Source of the DNA: Thraustochytrium aureum
Taxonomy: Eukaryota
Direction of reading: 5' to 3'
DNA length: 64,000 bases
NCBI GenBank assembly: GCA_012862495.1
Contig: BLSG01000080.1
Location: 1 to 64,000 of the forward strand
Under the pieces are notes generated by a model, which saw only the letters and a list, made by a program, of their open reading frames with translations, had not been told where the DNA came from and did not search any database. Positions 29,973 to 40,259 of the stretch are shown here, one piece after another. Numbering within the stretch: position 1 is the first letter of the stretch; each line of letters opens with the position of its first letter. The translations under genes were made by a program, and so were the position numbers.

Positions 29973-32822
29973 TCAGCCGCAATTTGTTGCTGTTTTTAGC
30001 GTCGCGAAGCGCCGCGGCGCAACCCGCCTTACGTGATCGCCGGGAGGCACGCGCCACCCGAGCAGCAAGGAATCCGCAACCGCGCGCCGATTGCTCTGCC
30101 AGCCCAGCGCACCTCTGCGCGCTGGTGACTCGAGGCTGGATTGCAGACCCCTCCCCTTTTGCTGCCTGGGCCCAACAACAAATAAACAAATTTCTTCACA
30201 CATGCGCAACGATGGGGGCCGAGCGAGGCCCACTAGCTTGAGACCGACCGTGCCTCCACAGGGCGCTCGCTCCCTGGCCCCAGAACTTCCATCGCCCATG
30301 TAGTTGTCGAGGAGCTCCGTGAACGTGGCCCGCCTCCGGTCCCCGCTCAAAGGCCGAGACTGCGGCGGAACGACGCCCAGAAGAGCAGACACCATCGGCG
30401 ACATGACTTCGCTCCCTCTCGCACTTCGAATCGAGCGCGACATCGGCGAGCCAGGCCCCGTTTGTGGGCGCCCCAGCAGCAACGCCGTTGAAGGCGGCGG
30501 GGGCGGAAATGGGGGCGGGGGTGGTGGAGGCGGCGAGTCCGGTTCGGTCTCCAACTCGGCCTCTGCGGCAAGGCCCTCCAAGGCCAATCGGTTCAGCTTG
30601 AGTGGGGATCGCGGAGCGCGTCGCATGCGCTCTGCCTCGCGGTGATATGTCTCAATGCGCGCCTCGCACTCTGCACGGACTCGTGCAAGCTCAGCCTTGT
30701 GTCGCTGCTTTTCCTCCGCAATCGAGTCTTCGGCCTCACGTGCCGCTCGCCGCGACGTTTGGAGTTGCATCGTCTGCTCGCGCGTGAGAGCGTTAAGCGT
30801 GTTTCTGTGCTCCGCCTTCAGGCTTTCAATGTACCGCGCGTGGTCATCGACGAGCTGTTTCATTTTCGCTTCAAGAGCTCGGCGGTAGGCTTGATGCTGT
30901 TGGCGAAGCTCGGCGATTTCTCCCGCCTTCTCTGTCGAGAGTCGGTCGCGCGTAGCGAACAGCTCGCGCTCGAGCTTGTCGATATGTTGGCGAAGCGCGA
31001 TTTCCTGTTCGCGGGCCTGCGTCTCGATGCGCTCCCGCTCGCGTAGCAGTGTCCCGGAAGCCGCTTCTTCTCGTCCACGAGCGCGATCCTGAGCAGCCTC
31101 CTGGGCGAGCACCGCGGCGTCGCGCTCCTTGATAGCTCGCCTTTCGGCCTCGAGAGAAGCGCGGGCAGCCTCTCTCTGCCCTTCCAGCTCGCTCTCTAGC
31201 TCCCTGCATCGTGCGCGGAGCCCCTCAACCTGGCCTTCGAGACTCATAGTTGCCGCGAGGTGCTCCGCGACTGCTGCTTCGAGCTCGGCCTTGGCCCGCG
31301 CTTGGACGGCGCTCAATCTCTCGTCTAGATCTCGTTGCAGCTCACTCTTCTCTTTTGCCCGGTCTTGCTGCATCTTTTTCACCGCGCCGTGGATCGCGAG
31401 GATGGCTTGTCGGTTGACGTCTCGATGGTGGCGGTCGCGGCGGACGAACTCGAACAAAACATTGTCAAGTGTATGCCACAGCTCGCTCGCCGCGCTGAGG
31501 CGCTTGAGGCGCATGGGAAGTGCTCTGAGCCGCGGTCGCGCTCCGTTGTCGTCTGTAAACCCGGCGGAACCTTGCCACGGCCATGCTTGCTGCGCTGCTG
31601 CATCGGCTGCGACGGCAATGTCTTCCAGGTTGGCAGCTAGAAGCCGCGTGAGGGGCTCGGGTGCAGCTGCTCGGTCAATGCAGGCTTGGGAGAACTGCCT
31701 CACCTCCATGTCCAACCACTCTAGCGCCTGCGCGGCTTCGTCGTCACTCTCCTCGAACTCGCCGCGTCTAGGGGGCAAAAGAGGGACCGAGTCCGCGAGC
31801 GGATCTCCCAGGTAAGCGTGGTTTTGGCTCCGCTTGCCTCCCTTGGCCGCGCGGTTCTTGCCCACAGTGCCGTTTGTTGCCGCGTTGGAATGCTTTTCCT
31901 CCCAGTACTCCTCCACGCCTCGAGCGTGCTCGGCACCCACGTTTTCTCTCTCGCCCACGTTGTCTCTCTCACCTGTTCGGAAACGCGAGCGCAACTCTGG
32001 TTCGGCCTGGGGCCGAGAGCTGGGCCAAAGTTCACCTTGCGGTGCTGGGGCGCCGCCCTTCTCTGGAATGCGGCCAAGCCCACCACCGTGATAGTCCAAA
32101 TACGATACTCCAGCTCCGACGCGTTCTGTGCGCGACTGCATGGCGCCTGCATCGATCCGCGAGCGCTGAGCATCGAAGAAACGCTCAAGCCCTTTGGCCT
32201 GGTTTAGGCGCGCAGACGGGCTGAGGAGCGCTGGCCGCGCGGAGAGTGGAGGAGCAGCAGTGCGGCTCCGCAACGGTTGGCTTGGAGCGTCGTGCACCTC
32301 ACGCGTTCGGGACATCAAGATGTCAACGCTCCCGCTCCGGTGGATCCGGGCCTTGGTTCCGGGCGAGATTGAGGTCTCCAAGGAGCCGCTACGAATGGAG
32401 GCCTTGCCAGGAGCCCTTTCGATCGAAGGAGAGTCATTCTGCTGCCTTTTCCGTGCGCCCTCTTCGTGTGAGCGCCGTGCTACCGGCTGGGGCGAATCTG
32501 ACAATTCGGACGACGAGGAGCTGCTGTGATCGTCGTCGAGATTTCTGCGCTCGGCGATGCGCGCAGCCGCGCCGGACTCTGCCTCGCCGTGAAACCCCTC
32601 AGCGGCGGATCGGGACTGCAATTGCGACTTGCGAGCATCAAGCGTGATGAACGAGTCCCAGTCTGGCAAGCCATCCTCGACGGCGCTGTCCGCGCGGCCG
32701 CCTGCCCTCCCAAACACCCACCCGCCCCGCTCCATGTTACTAACGACCTCAGCGGCACCTTGCGCTTTGGTTCCCGCCACCGCCCTCGCGCCGGGCGGCC
32801 TCTTGTACAGGCCCGGCTGCAT
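29973..32822 (-). CDS. Hypothetical coiled-coil protein with disordered N-terminus and polyproline tract; start uncertain (ATG at 32822 or 32735) and 3' end may be spliced
   Basis: Long ORF with ~270 aa E/R/A/L/Q heptad-rich region and PPPPPPPPFPPPPP; no family recognised. Confidence 0.7.
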   Translation of the reverse strand: MQPGLYKRPPGARAVAGTKAQGAAEVVSNMERGGWVFGRAGGRADSAVEDGLPDWDSFITLDARKSQLQSRSAAEGFHGEAESGAAARIAERRNLDDDHSSSSSSELSDSPQPVARRSHEEGARKRQQNDSPSIERAPGKASIRSGSLETSISPGTKARIHRSGSVDILMSRTREVHDAPSQPLRSRTAAPPLSARPALLSPSARLNQAKGLERFFDAQRSRIDAGAMQSRTERVGAGVSYLDYHGGGLGRIPEKGGAPAPQGELWPSSRPQAEPELRSRFRTGERDNVGERENVGAEHARGVEEYWEEKHSNAATNGTVGKNRAAKGGKRSQNHAYLGDPLADSVPLLPPRRGEFEESDDEAAQALEWLDMEVRQFSQACIDRAAAPEPLTRLLAANLEDIAVAADAAAQQAWPWQGSAGFTDDNGARPRLRALPMRLKRLSAASELWHTLDNVLFEFVRRDRHHRDVNRQAILAIHGAVKKMQQDRAKEKSELQRDLDERLSAVQARAKAELEAAVAEHLAATMSLEGQVEGLRARCRELESELEGQREAARASLEAERRAIKERDAAVLAQEAAQDRARGREEAASGTLLRERERIETQAREQEIALRQHIDKLERELFATRDRLSTEKAGEIAELRQQHQAYRRALEAKMKQLVDDHARYIESLKAEHRNTLNALTREQTMQLQTSRRAAREAEDSIAEEKQRHKAELARVRAECEARIETYHREAERMRRAPRSPLKLNRLALEGLAAEAELETEPDSPPPPPPPPFPPPPPSTALLLGRPQTGPGSPMSRSIRSARGSEVMSPMVSALLGVVPPQSRPLSGDRRRATFTELLDNYMGDGSSGARERAPCGGTVGLKLVGLARPPSLRMCEEICLFVVGPRQQKGRGLQSSLESPARRGALGWQSNRRAVADSLLLGWRVPPGDHVRRVAPRRFATLKTATNCG

Positions 32823-33548
32823 GAACCGCCGCGGCCCAACCACAACCCGTCTTGCCCAGCCCAACCGCGCTCCCTGTTGCAACCGATCGACGTTGAAGCG
32901 CCTCGTTCTCTCCCGTCCCGGTTCAGGGCCCAACGGCCAGGCCCCAACCCACCGCGTCGCCGCCGCGTGCCCGGTCCGCCAGGCAAACAAACCTGAAGCA
33001 GCCCGCGACGCCTCTACCGTTCGCGGTCCACCTTGCCGGTGCGCGGTCTGCCACGAAGCAGCCCGCTCAGCAAGCGCCTTTCGCGGACGCCGCCCGCCCA
33101 CTCAGCAGGCAGGCCACTCACAGGCAGGCCGCGAAGCAGGCAGCCCACTCAGCAGGCCGCCAGGCGCAGACGGCGGACTGCGCTGCCGGCGCGCTCGAGC
33201 TGTCAGGTCGAGTGGGGCCGCACAGGGGCTCTCAGCCTGTCGTTCGAGGCGCTCAACCTGGCCGTCAAGGCGCTCAGCCTGCTGGATTCATCCCTCGGCG
33301 AATGCTCCTTGTGCCCTCGCAACTGCCGCGCAACGGCTCTAACGGCTTGCGCACAGGGGTATTTAGCGAGCTTCTCGCCCTGTGCGCTGTTCGAGTATTT
33401 GGAAAGAGGCTTCCGATAACCGTGGCATTGGGGCTTGGTTGTAGCGCTATTCTGGCAGGACGGCGCTCGGTAGACCCGCAATGCGGAGGAGCACAAGCAG
33501 GAGTAAGAGCAGGAGCGAGGCAGTGCGCGGCGAGCAGGAGCGCGTGGA

Positions 33549-36500
33549 TTGCTAGAGTCTGGGCGGAAAGCTGGCTCGTGGCTCGGGGCGGAAAGTGAGG
33601 CCCGGGTCGGTGAAAAAGGTGGTCGGGCGGGCAAGCGGTTGGTCGTGATGGAGGACGCACGGGCGCGCGCCGACGAGCGCGGTAGGAACGTTGTTGCGAT
33701 GAAGAGATCGCCGAGGAGGGCCGCGAGCTTGCGCGATGCCAGGGTCGAGGGAGATTCGGCGAGGAGCGCGTTGCAGACCGGAGCCGCTGGTTCCAACCAG
33801 GACGCAGAGGCGAGCTTCCAAGGCCAGCACGTATTTGCGCGCGGGAAGACCGAGCTTTGGAGGAGGCCGGTGGCGAGGACGCCAGACGACAGAAACAGGC
33901 CTGGCTTTCTCGTCCGAGCGCAGACCGAAAAGTGGTCCAGCGGGCCCTCGCAAGGGTTTGTCGATGAGTCAATCTTCCCTGAGAACAGCAAGCAGTCCAC
34001 GTCTCAAGCGCTGGGGCGCCTCTCGGGGTCCTTTGCAGCAATCAATTTCACCGCCGCTCACGTCGCACCGGGCGGGCAAAGGAATACTGACTTGAGAGTC
34101 GGGACAAACCCAAAGTGCCAGCGCAGGTCCTCCATGCTCAAGTGGGAGAGCGCGCGACACCAGTCGTTTCCGCAGGAGATTCGCCTCGACTTTGCACCCT
34201 GCCACGTGCAAGAGCTTCGCATTTGGGCAAACCAGTACAAGACGCCAACGACAGCCTTGCTATTCGTTGGCCTGCCAGACGGTCGGTCGCGCAAGCTTGG
34301 ACGATGCTCCTTTGAGAATGGGCAAGCAAACGCTTTCGAAGCATGCGAGGTCAAGTGCATTGCTATCGAATATGTATGCCAAAGCCTCCGCATTATCTTC
34401 GAGGGCTGCTATGCAAATCAGTGGAACGCAGAAATGCAAGTCGCTATCGACGGCATAGTCGTCCTTGGTGAGCCAACTGTGCACCAGTCTCGCCAAGCTC
34501 CGCCGCGATCCGCCCGGTCTACGTCGCGGTCCTCGCAGCGGTCTTCTCGGCAGCCCAGCTCGCGCCCTCACCGCGTCCCACGTGCTCCTGCCGAGGAAGA
34601 GGCGCTGCGAAAGGCTCCAGATGCCTTTGCCGACACCGCCGGCTCGGATCCGGAGGCCTCGCTTCTGGGCGAGGGGACCCTGGTGTCGCTGCGCGGGCAA
34701 GCCCTTGAGGCGGCTCGCCAGCCGCGCCCGTCCTCAACAGATGCCGTCCTCAACGAGATGCGCAGCCTGCTTGGCAACATAGCGCGAGAACCCAGCGCGG
34801 GCGCAGAAGAGGATGAGCAGCTCGAGCAGCACAGGCAACACGCCCAACACATCGAAATGCGCATCCAAAATCTCATTGGTGCAAAAGACACGGCCATTGC
34901 GCAAGAGGACTATGCTCGAGCCTCAGAGCTCAAGGCAGAGCTCCACAAAATCGCGGAACGCGCCAAGGCATACTTTGGCCACCTTCGCTCGAGCGCGACG
35001 TCGGAACGCGTCGAGGGCATGGCCGCGGACGAAGTTGCGATGGTTGAGAGTGCTCAAGGCGAAACGCCGTTCTCGAGTGGACGCACGGGCTCTTCGCAAA
35101 GCAGCCGGGCTGCGAGTGCAGCAGCGAGAAGCATAATTGGCGCCGGGACAAGAAACACAGAGTTTTACTTGGATGACGCGGTGCACAGCCTGGAAGCCGC
35201 CCCGCCGCTCGAAGCGACGCGAAATAAAATTCGCCCGCAAGCCCGGCTCCCGCTTACGCTGAACGGCTCCGCAAGCCAGGACGAGCTTGCGCCACCCGGG
35301 CCAGCACAAGATGGCCTGGACAGCCCGGGCCAGCTTGCACAAGTGCAACCAATCAAAGGGTGGGATCGCCTGTTATTGGACGAACAGGTCGCAGTTGGGC
35401 AGCCCTGGTCTAACACTTGTCGCTCGGTGCTGACAGACCGATCCGACAACTCGGTCTCTTCAACAGACTCGCTTCGCCAGGTCGCTGGGGCACCGCCAAT
35501 CCAGGGCATCCCTTTGCGGCCCTCGTCGGCTGACGAGGAAGGTGAGCAGGACGTCTCCAGCGGGCGCGTTTTCGAAGGTCTGGACGGGCAGTTTGCGAGC
35601 CCAGCAGCCTCGCCAATCGCACATGGCGGGGCGAACGACCTCAATTTGGACGACGGCGAGATGCTCGAATACAGCGAGCGCTCTGAGACGCCATGCCTGA
35701 ACAGCGGAGACATCCCAGACCGAGACGAGCGCTCACCTGCAGCAGAGTGGAACTTTGATGCTGCAGTAGTGCAGGACGGCCCCGAGTCGCCTGGCGAGAA
35801 CGAGCAATTCGAGTTGGAGACTGCACAGCGAGGTGCCGCGTCCCCTGGACTGAACACAGCACAGAGCGAGCTTGCACTATTTATGGGTGGTGACGTTGAG
35901 TCGAACGACAGAGCGGATGCACTGGACCGCCCTGAAGCCGAGTCTGCGAGCGCACTTGCCGTGGCATCAGGTGAGCCTGGTCGCGCTAGCGAAGGAGTAG
36001 AACCCGCTGAGCGCTCTCCTGGCAGCCGTGAGGAGGGCAGGGCAGGCGTTGTGCTGGCCACAAGCCTCGCCGTTGTCTCTAGCGCCGCCGCCAGTGTCGC
36101 AGCATCTGCAGGCAGCGCTGCAGCTCAGACAATGGGTGAAGGCAGCGAAAAGCGGGTGCAAGAAATGGTCGGAGCAGCGCCGACAACGAGAGCTGGGCAC
36201 GGCGTTGGGCACGTTGAGCCTGCCGACACAGTGTCTCGCCAGCACTCGCGCCCGCGCACCGTAGATGGCTCTGTGAAAGCGAGCCCCGGGGCTAGTGGCT
36301 CGCGACCACTGAGCTCTGGCGCCCTGGGAGAAGTAAGGCAGACTACCTTCAATCCCGGGTCCTCGCGTCCAGCCGTAAGCGCCAAGGCCAGCTCCGACAA
36401 CAACGCGCGTATCCATTTGGGGCAGAGCGAAACCGAGACGAAAGACGGCGAGGAACGCTCCCAAGACGGGTCGGATAATGACGGGGACGGGGACGGGGAC

Positions 36501-37412
36501 GAGGACGAGGACGAGGCAATGCTTCAGGCCTTCCTCGGCCCAAAGGAGCCGAGAGTTGTGGCACCACCCTCTGCTTCGCCGCAGGAGCTGGTCTTGGACG
36601 ATGCAAGTCCTGGACTAGGTGAATCGGGAAGCAAGCAAGCTGGCATCTCCCGGTTGTCTGAGGCTTCGCCCGGGAGCGCATTTGAGTTGAACCAGAGTGT
36701 GGCAACGAGTGCCGCCGACCCTAGCCCACGTCGTGAGCACAGCGCCTCGCCCGCACCCGACGAGTCGCTTGTGGCTGATTCCGCGCGCTCGAGCGTCGGC
36801 CCCGAGCCGGAGCAGATGGAAGGCCTTCTGGATCGGCTCGTCGCTGCTCTCGCTGCCGTGAGTGAGCCGGGGAGCCTGCGTCTAACAGAGGAGCCGCACC
36901 ACGGCGTCGTCGAGGACCACTTTCTGCTCGCTGTGGTTGGTCTCCGCTCCCGCGACCAAGCATGCGAAGCCAAAGGTGCGCTGCTGGCTCGAGTCCTCTG
37001 CGAGCGTTTTCACGAGCTGACGCAGCCGCAGGTGCAGGACTGCGGAGAGAGCGCGCTGCACTTTGTCAGGTACGCGGTGCGCAAGCTTGAGCGCGACAGC
37101 CTTAAGCAGCCGCTGAAGGCGCAAGTGGCTCTCGCTTTTCGGTCTTTGCTAGGCACTTCGCAAAGGTCTGCCCATGTCGTCGTTGACATGATCAAGAACC
37201 AGACCTTGGTTGACTCGTCGGATGAGGCTGCGCTCGTCAGCCGAATCGTTCTGATGCAGTCTTTCGTCGACGCGGTGCACCTGAGTGGCGCTCAAAACCC
37301 GTTCGTTGCCGAGGAGATCCGTAACTTTGTCGAGTCTGTCATTTGGGACGGTAGCCCAACCGCCGTGCGACAAGCCGCGGACGTGCTCCTCGAGAATCTC
37401 GCCGGATCCTGA
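33549..37412 (+). CDS. CEP104-like ciliary/centriolar protein (N-terminal jelly-roll domain and coiled coil), divergent; true start probably ATG ~33648 or later
   Basis: WESARHQSFPQEIRLDF..ELRIWANQYK..RKLGRCSF..EVKCIAI..LRIIFEGCYANQWN..QVAIDGIVVLGEP, and KDTAIAQEDYARASELKAEL, resemble the recalled CEP104 N-terminal motifs. Confidence 0.75.
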   Translation: MLESGRKAGSWLGAESEARVGEKGGRAGKRLVVMEDARARADERGRNVVAMKRSPRRAASLRDARVEGDSARSALQTGAAGSNQDAEASFQGQHVFARGKTELWRRPVARTPDDRNRPGFLVRAQTEKWSSGPSQGFVDESIFPENSKQSTSQALGRLSGSFAAINFTAAHVAPGGQRNTDLRVGTNPKCQRRSSMLKWESARHQSFPQEIRLDFAPCHVQELRIWANQYKTPTTALLFVGLPDGRSRKLGRCSFENGQANAFEACEVKCIAIEYVCQSLRIIFEGCYANQWNAEMQVAIDGIVVLGEPTVHQSRQAPPRSARSTSRSSQRSSRQPSSRPHRVPRAPAEEEALRKAPDAFADTAGSDPEASLLGEGTLVSLRGQALEAARQPRPSSTDAVLNEMRSLLGNIAREPSAGAEEDEQLEQHRQHAQHIEMRIQNLIGAKDTAIAQEDYARASELKAELHKIAERAKAYFGHLRSSATSERVEGMAADEVAMVESAQGETPFSSGRTGSSQSSRAASAAARSIIGAGTRNTEFYLDDAVHSLEAAPPLEATRNKIRPQARLPLTLNGSASQDELAPPGPAQDGLDSPGQLAQVQPIKGWDRLLLDEQVAVGQPWSNTCRSVLTDRSDNSVSSTDSLRQVAGAPPIQGIPLRPSSADEEGEQDVSSGRVFEGLDGQFASPAASPIAHGGANDLNLDDGEMLEYSERSETPCLNSGDIPDRDERSPAAEWNFDAAVVQDGPESPGENEQFELETAQRGAASPGLNTAQSELALFMGGDVESNDRADALDRPEAESASALAVASGEPGRASEGVEPAERSPGSREEGRAGVVLATSLAVVSSAAASVAASAGSAAAQTMGEGSEKRVQEMVGAAPTTRAGHGVGHVEPADTVSRQHSRPRTVDGSVKASPGASGSRPLSSGALGEVRQTTFNPGSSRPAVSAKASSDNNARIHLGQSETETKDGEERSQDGSDNDGDGDGDEDEDEAMLQAFLGPKEPRVVAPPSASPQELVLDDASPGLGESGSKQAGISRLSEASPGSAFELNQSVATSAADPSPRREHSASPAPDESLVADSARSSVGPEPEQMEGLLDRLVAALAAVSEPGSLRLTEEPHHGVVEDHFLLAVVGLRSRDQACEAKGALLARVLCERFHELTQPQVQDCGESALHFVRYAVRKLERDSLKQPLKAQVALAFRSLLGTSQRSAHVVVDMIKNQTLVDSSDEAALVSRIVLMQSFVDAVHLSGAQNPFVAEEIRNFVESVIWDGSPTAVRQAADVLLENLAGS

Positions 37413-37951
37413 GCACTAGCTCTGGAAGAGCAGTTACATCCCTCCGGCACTGCGCGGCGCAAACCACAAGAGATCGGTACTGAGTAGAGTGAGTACATCG
37501 ACACCGGTACGCACGGGCAGCGGAGAGCGCGTTTTCGACCGCCCCGGCGCCCACAACGACGACTGTGGCATTCGTTTGAGGACACGCCAAGCAACAACCC
37601 GCAAGACCCGCACGAAGGTACTCTTTCTTTGCTTTCTCCTGTTCTCTTGCTATCTATCGCCAATGCGCTCACCAATCACCATGGAGGCCGACCAGCCACG
37701 CCGTCGCCGCGACCGGGAGGCTCGTGCATGTCCCAAGTCGGCACGTTGGACACATGCAGACAGTGTGAAGGTTGTGCTCCAACAGGTCAGCAACCAGACC
37801 TCCAGCCGGTACGTGCACGTGCATTCCTACCTACTTACTTTCTCTCCGCAAGGAGCAGGCAGGCTTGCAGGCTCGGGAAGCCAGGCAGGCGCGAGAGGCC
37901 AGCCAGCCAGCCAGCCAGCCAGCCAGACTTGCCGAAGGCTCGTGCGGCGCC

Positions 37952-40009
37952 ATGGGCCAACTGCAGAGCAGCAGAGATCTTGGCGAAACCCCCACGGCAG
38001 GAGCTGATGCGTCTGGCGAAGCAGCTCGCAGCGCCGGCAGAAGTAGCGGAGGAGGCCGCGCGGAAACTGGGAAGGGCACGACGAACGGCAAAGAGAGCGC
38101 CAAGAGCGGCGAGGGCAAGTCGAGGGCGCGGCGGTTGTCGTCGTTTGCGAAGAGAGCGCCGAAGCACGACTCGCTAGAAGTCGACAAGCTCTCAACGTCA
38201 GGCCGAAAGCTACTGATCCAAGCGCTCGGTCCGCTCGATTCGGCCGAGGCAACAGGGGAGCCCGAAATCAGCGCTGCCGTTGATCAGGCGGGGAGCTCGC
38301 ACAGGAGCTGGTACGAGTACGGCTCGGACAGGTTTTACACTGCCGAAGAGACCCCGCTCGACAGTAGCCCAAACGCGCAAACCGCGCCAACAGACCTTGC
38401 TAGTGAAACCGCAGAGCGCCTAGGACGAATCTGTGCGCGCGCAGAAAACCGGATCTGCGCCGACTGCACACAGCCGTCGTCGACGTGGGCGAGCACCACC
38501 TTCGGAGTGGTGCTCTGCTTGCAGTGCGTCGGAGCCCACCGCTCGCTCGGGTCTGACGTCTCGTTCACGAAATCGACGACAATTGACGCTGCGAGCTGGA
38601 CCGCGGCCTGGCTCGATCGCCTCGACAGGACGGGAAATGTGGTCTCAAACCTGGAGCTCGAGTTTCACGTGCCAGCGACGTGGCCAAAGCCCGACGCGGA
38701 CGCGCCAGGCTCGTACAGGCGCGAGTACGTGCAGGCAAAGTACGCCGACAAGCGATTCACCCGCGAGGCCAATCTCCGCCTGCCAGCACGGGCGCCCCTG
38801 CTGTGGGGGGAACGCCGCACAATGCTGAACCGCGTAAAGAGCGTAAACTTGCAAGGCAAGGTCGAGTTCGTGGGGATCGTTTCCGTCACTGTCGTTCGGG
38901 CCGAGGCGCTAACCGCCGTGACAGGGGCCATCCCGCTGCCGCCAGGTGCGACGTTTTACACAAACCCGTACTGCCGCGTGCGCCTCGGCGCGCTCTCTGC
39001 CGATACCCACTACGTGAGCCGCTCCGTGAACCCGGTGTGGAACGAAGGACCTCGCGAAAACGTGCGGCTCAACATGTCGTGGGATGGGAGCAGCGAGCTC
39101 AAGATCGCGGTGTGGAACAAAGACAAGGTCGGCAAGGACAAACCCATCGGCAGCGCGCTCGTAGACATCAAGCAGCTCTTGGTTTCCAGCCCAGATCAAG
39201 TCCACGACCTGCGGGTTCGGATATTTGAGTTTCGCGTCCCTCAGAAGACCCACCATTCAAGAACCGGCAGCGGCTTTCGCGCGCGCCGCAGAAAGAAGGC
39301 AGATGCAGCTGAGCAGGACTCGGCTGCGGCGAACGAGCCGGACTCGACCTTGCGCACTTCATCTGCAGGTGAGACGGAAGACATGACGCAATCGGACACC
39401 GGGGGCGGTGGCCCAAGCTTGCCAGAGACCTACTCTGATGTTGAGGTCGCTCCGGACGAGCCGAAACAGAAAGCACCGCCTGGCGCGTTGTCTGAGCACG
39501 ACCCAAGTGCAGCGGTCGCCACCAGCGACGGCGAGCTTGGTGAGCCGCCCCTCGCCCAGCGCCACCTCCGCAGTTTGTCTAGCATTGAGAGCGAGTCCTC
39601 CGTGGCTTCTACAATCGTCGACGACGAGCTTGACGAGATTCTGGCGGAAGATTATGACTTTGACCTTGGTGTTGACGAGCAGGTCGCGTCCCCGCGGTCG
39701 TGCGGGTCGGGCGCAAGCGCTCGGGGAAGCCCAACCTCGAGCCCAACTGCGAGCGCTTCTGGCCCCGGGTCGGGGCTCGAACGGCACTGGATAAAATTCA
39801 AGAACAAGAGCTTCACCAAGTTCCACATCAGGCACAAGGTGAAGGACGTTCTGGAGAACCTGAAAACAGTCATGTCCTTGCCGCGCAAGTCCTCCGCGAG
39901 CGATGAAACCGTGCATGATGACGACGGGTTGAGCGAAGCGCGCCGCCGGCTCGGCTATTTCGAAGCGGGCTGGGTGATGCTACAGCTCTCGTTCGTGGAC
40001 CTGCGCTGA
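37952..40009 (+). CDS. ArfGAP + C2 domain protein with probable N-myristoylation (MGQLQS)
   Basis: CADC-x16-CLQC..HRSLG zinc finger with catalytic Arg; REYVQAKY; C2: GIVSVTVVRAEAL, NPYCRV, VNPVWNE, LKIAVWNKDKVGKDKPIGSALVDI. Confidence 0.9.
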   Translation: MGQLQSSRDLGETPTAGADASGEAARSAGRSSGGGRAETGKGTTNGKESAKSGEGKSRARRLSSFAKRAPKHDSLEVDKLSTSGRKLLIQALGPLDSAEATGEPEISAAVDQAGSSHRSWYEYGSDRFYTAEETPLDSSPNAQTAPTDLASETAERLGRICARAENRICADCTQPSSTWASTTFGVVLCLQCVGAHRSLGSDVSFTKSTTIDAASWTAAWLDRLDRTGNVVSNLELEFHVPATWPKPDADAPGSYRREYVQAKYADKRFTREANLRLPARAPLLWGERRTMLNRVKSVNLQGKVEFVGIVSVTVVRAEALTAVTGAIPLPPGATFYTNPYCRVRLGALSADTHYVSRSVNPVWNEGPRENVRLNMSWDGSSELKIAVWNKDKVGKDKPIGSALVDIKQLLVSSPDQVHDLRVRIFEFRVPQKTHHSRTGSGFRARRRKKADAAEQDSAAANEPDSTLRTSSAGETEDMTQSDTGGGGPSLPETYSDVEVAPDEPKQKAPPGALSEHDPSAAVATSDGELGEPPLAQRHLRSLSSIESESSVASTIVDDELDEILAEDYDFDLGVDEQVASPRSCGSGASARGSPTSSPTASASGPGSGLERHWIKFKNKSFTKFHIRHKVKDVLENLKTVMSLPRKSSASDETVHDDDGLSEARRRLGYFEAGWVMLQLSFVDLR

Positions 40010-40036
40010 AGGAGGGCACTCCTTGCGTGTAGGCGT

Positions 40037-40129
40037 GGCGTCGCGCATAGCGGATTGGGCCCGAAATTGGACTGTTGTGAAGGCGTCGCGCATAGCGGAT
40101 TGGGCCCGAAATTGGACTGTTGTGAAGGC
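40037..40129. repeat. Perfect 45-bp tandem duplication in the 3' intergenic region
   Basis: ggcgtcgcgcatagcggattgggcccgaaattggactgttgtgaa twice. Confidence 0.95.
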
Positions 40130-40259
40130 TCGCTTCTGTGCGAGCACCACAAATGACTGCAGTACGTAGGTAGCTATAAACGTGAAAAGGAATTGGCAGA
40201 TCAAACCTACTAAGGTGCAACGGAAGGGCGACAGTGCGCCTTGCTTGCGGCGAAAGATG

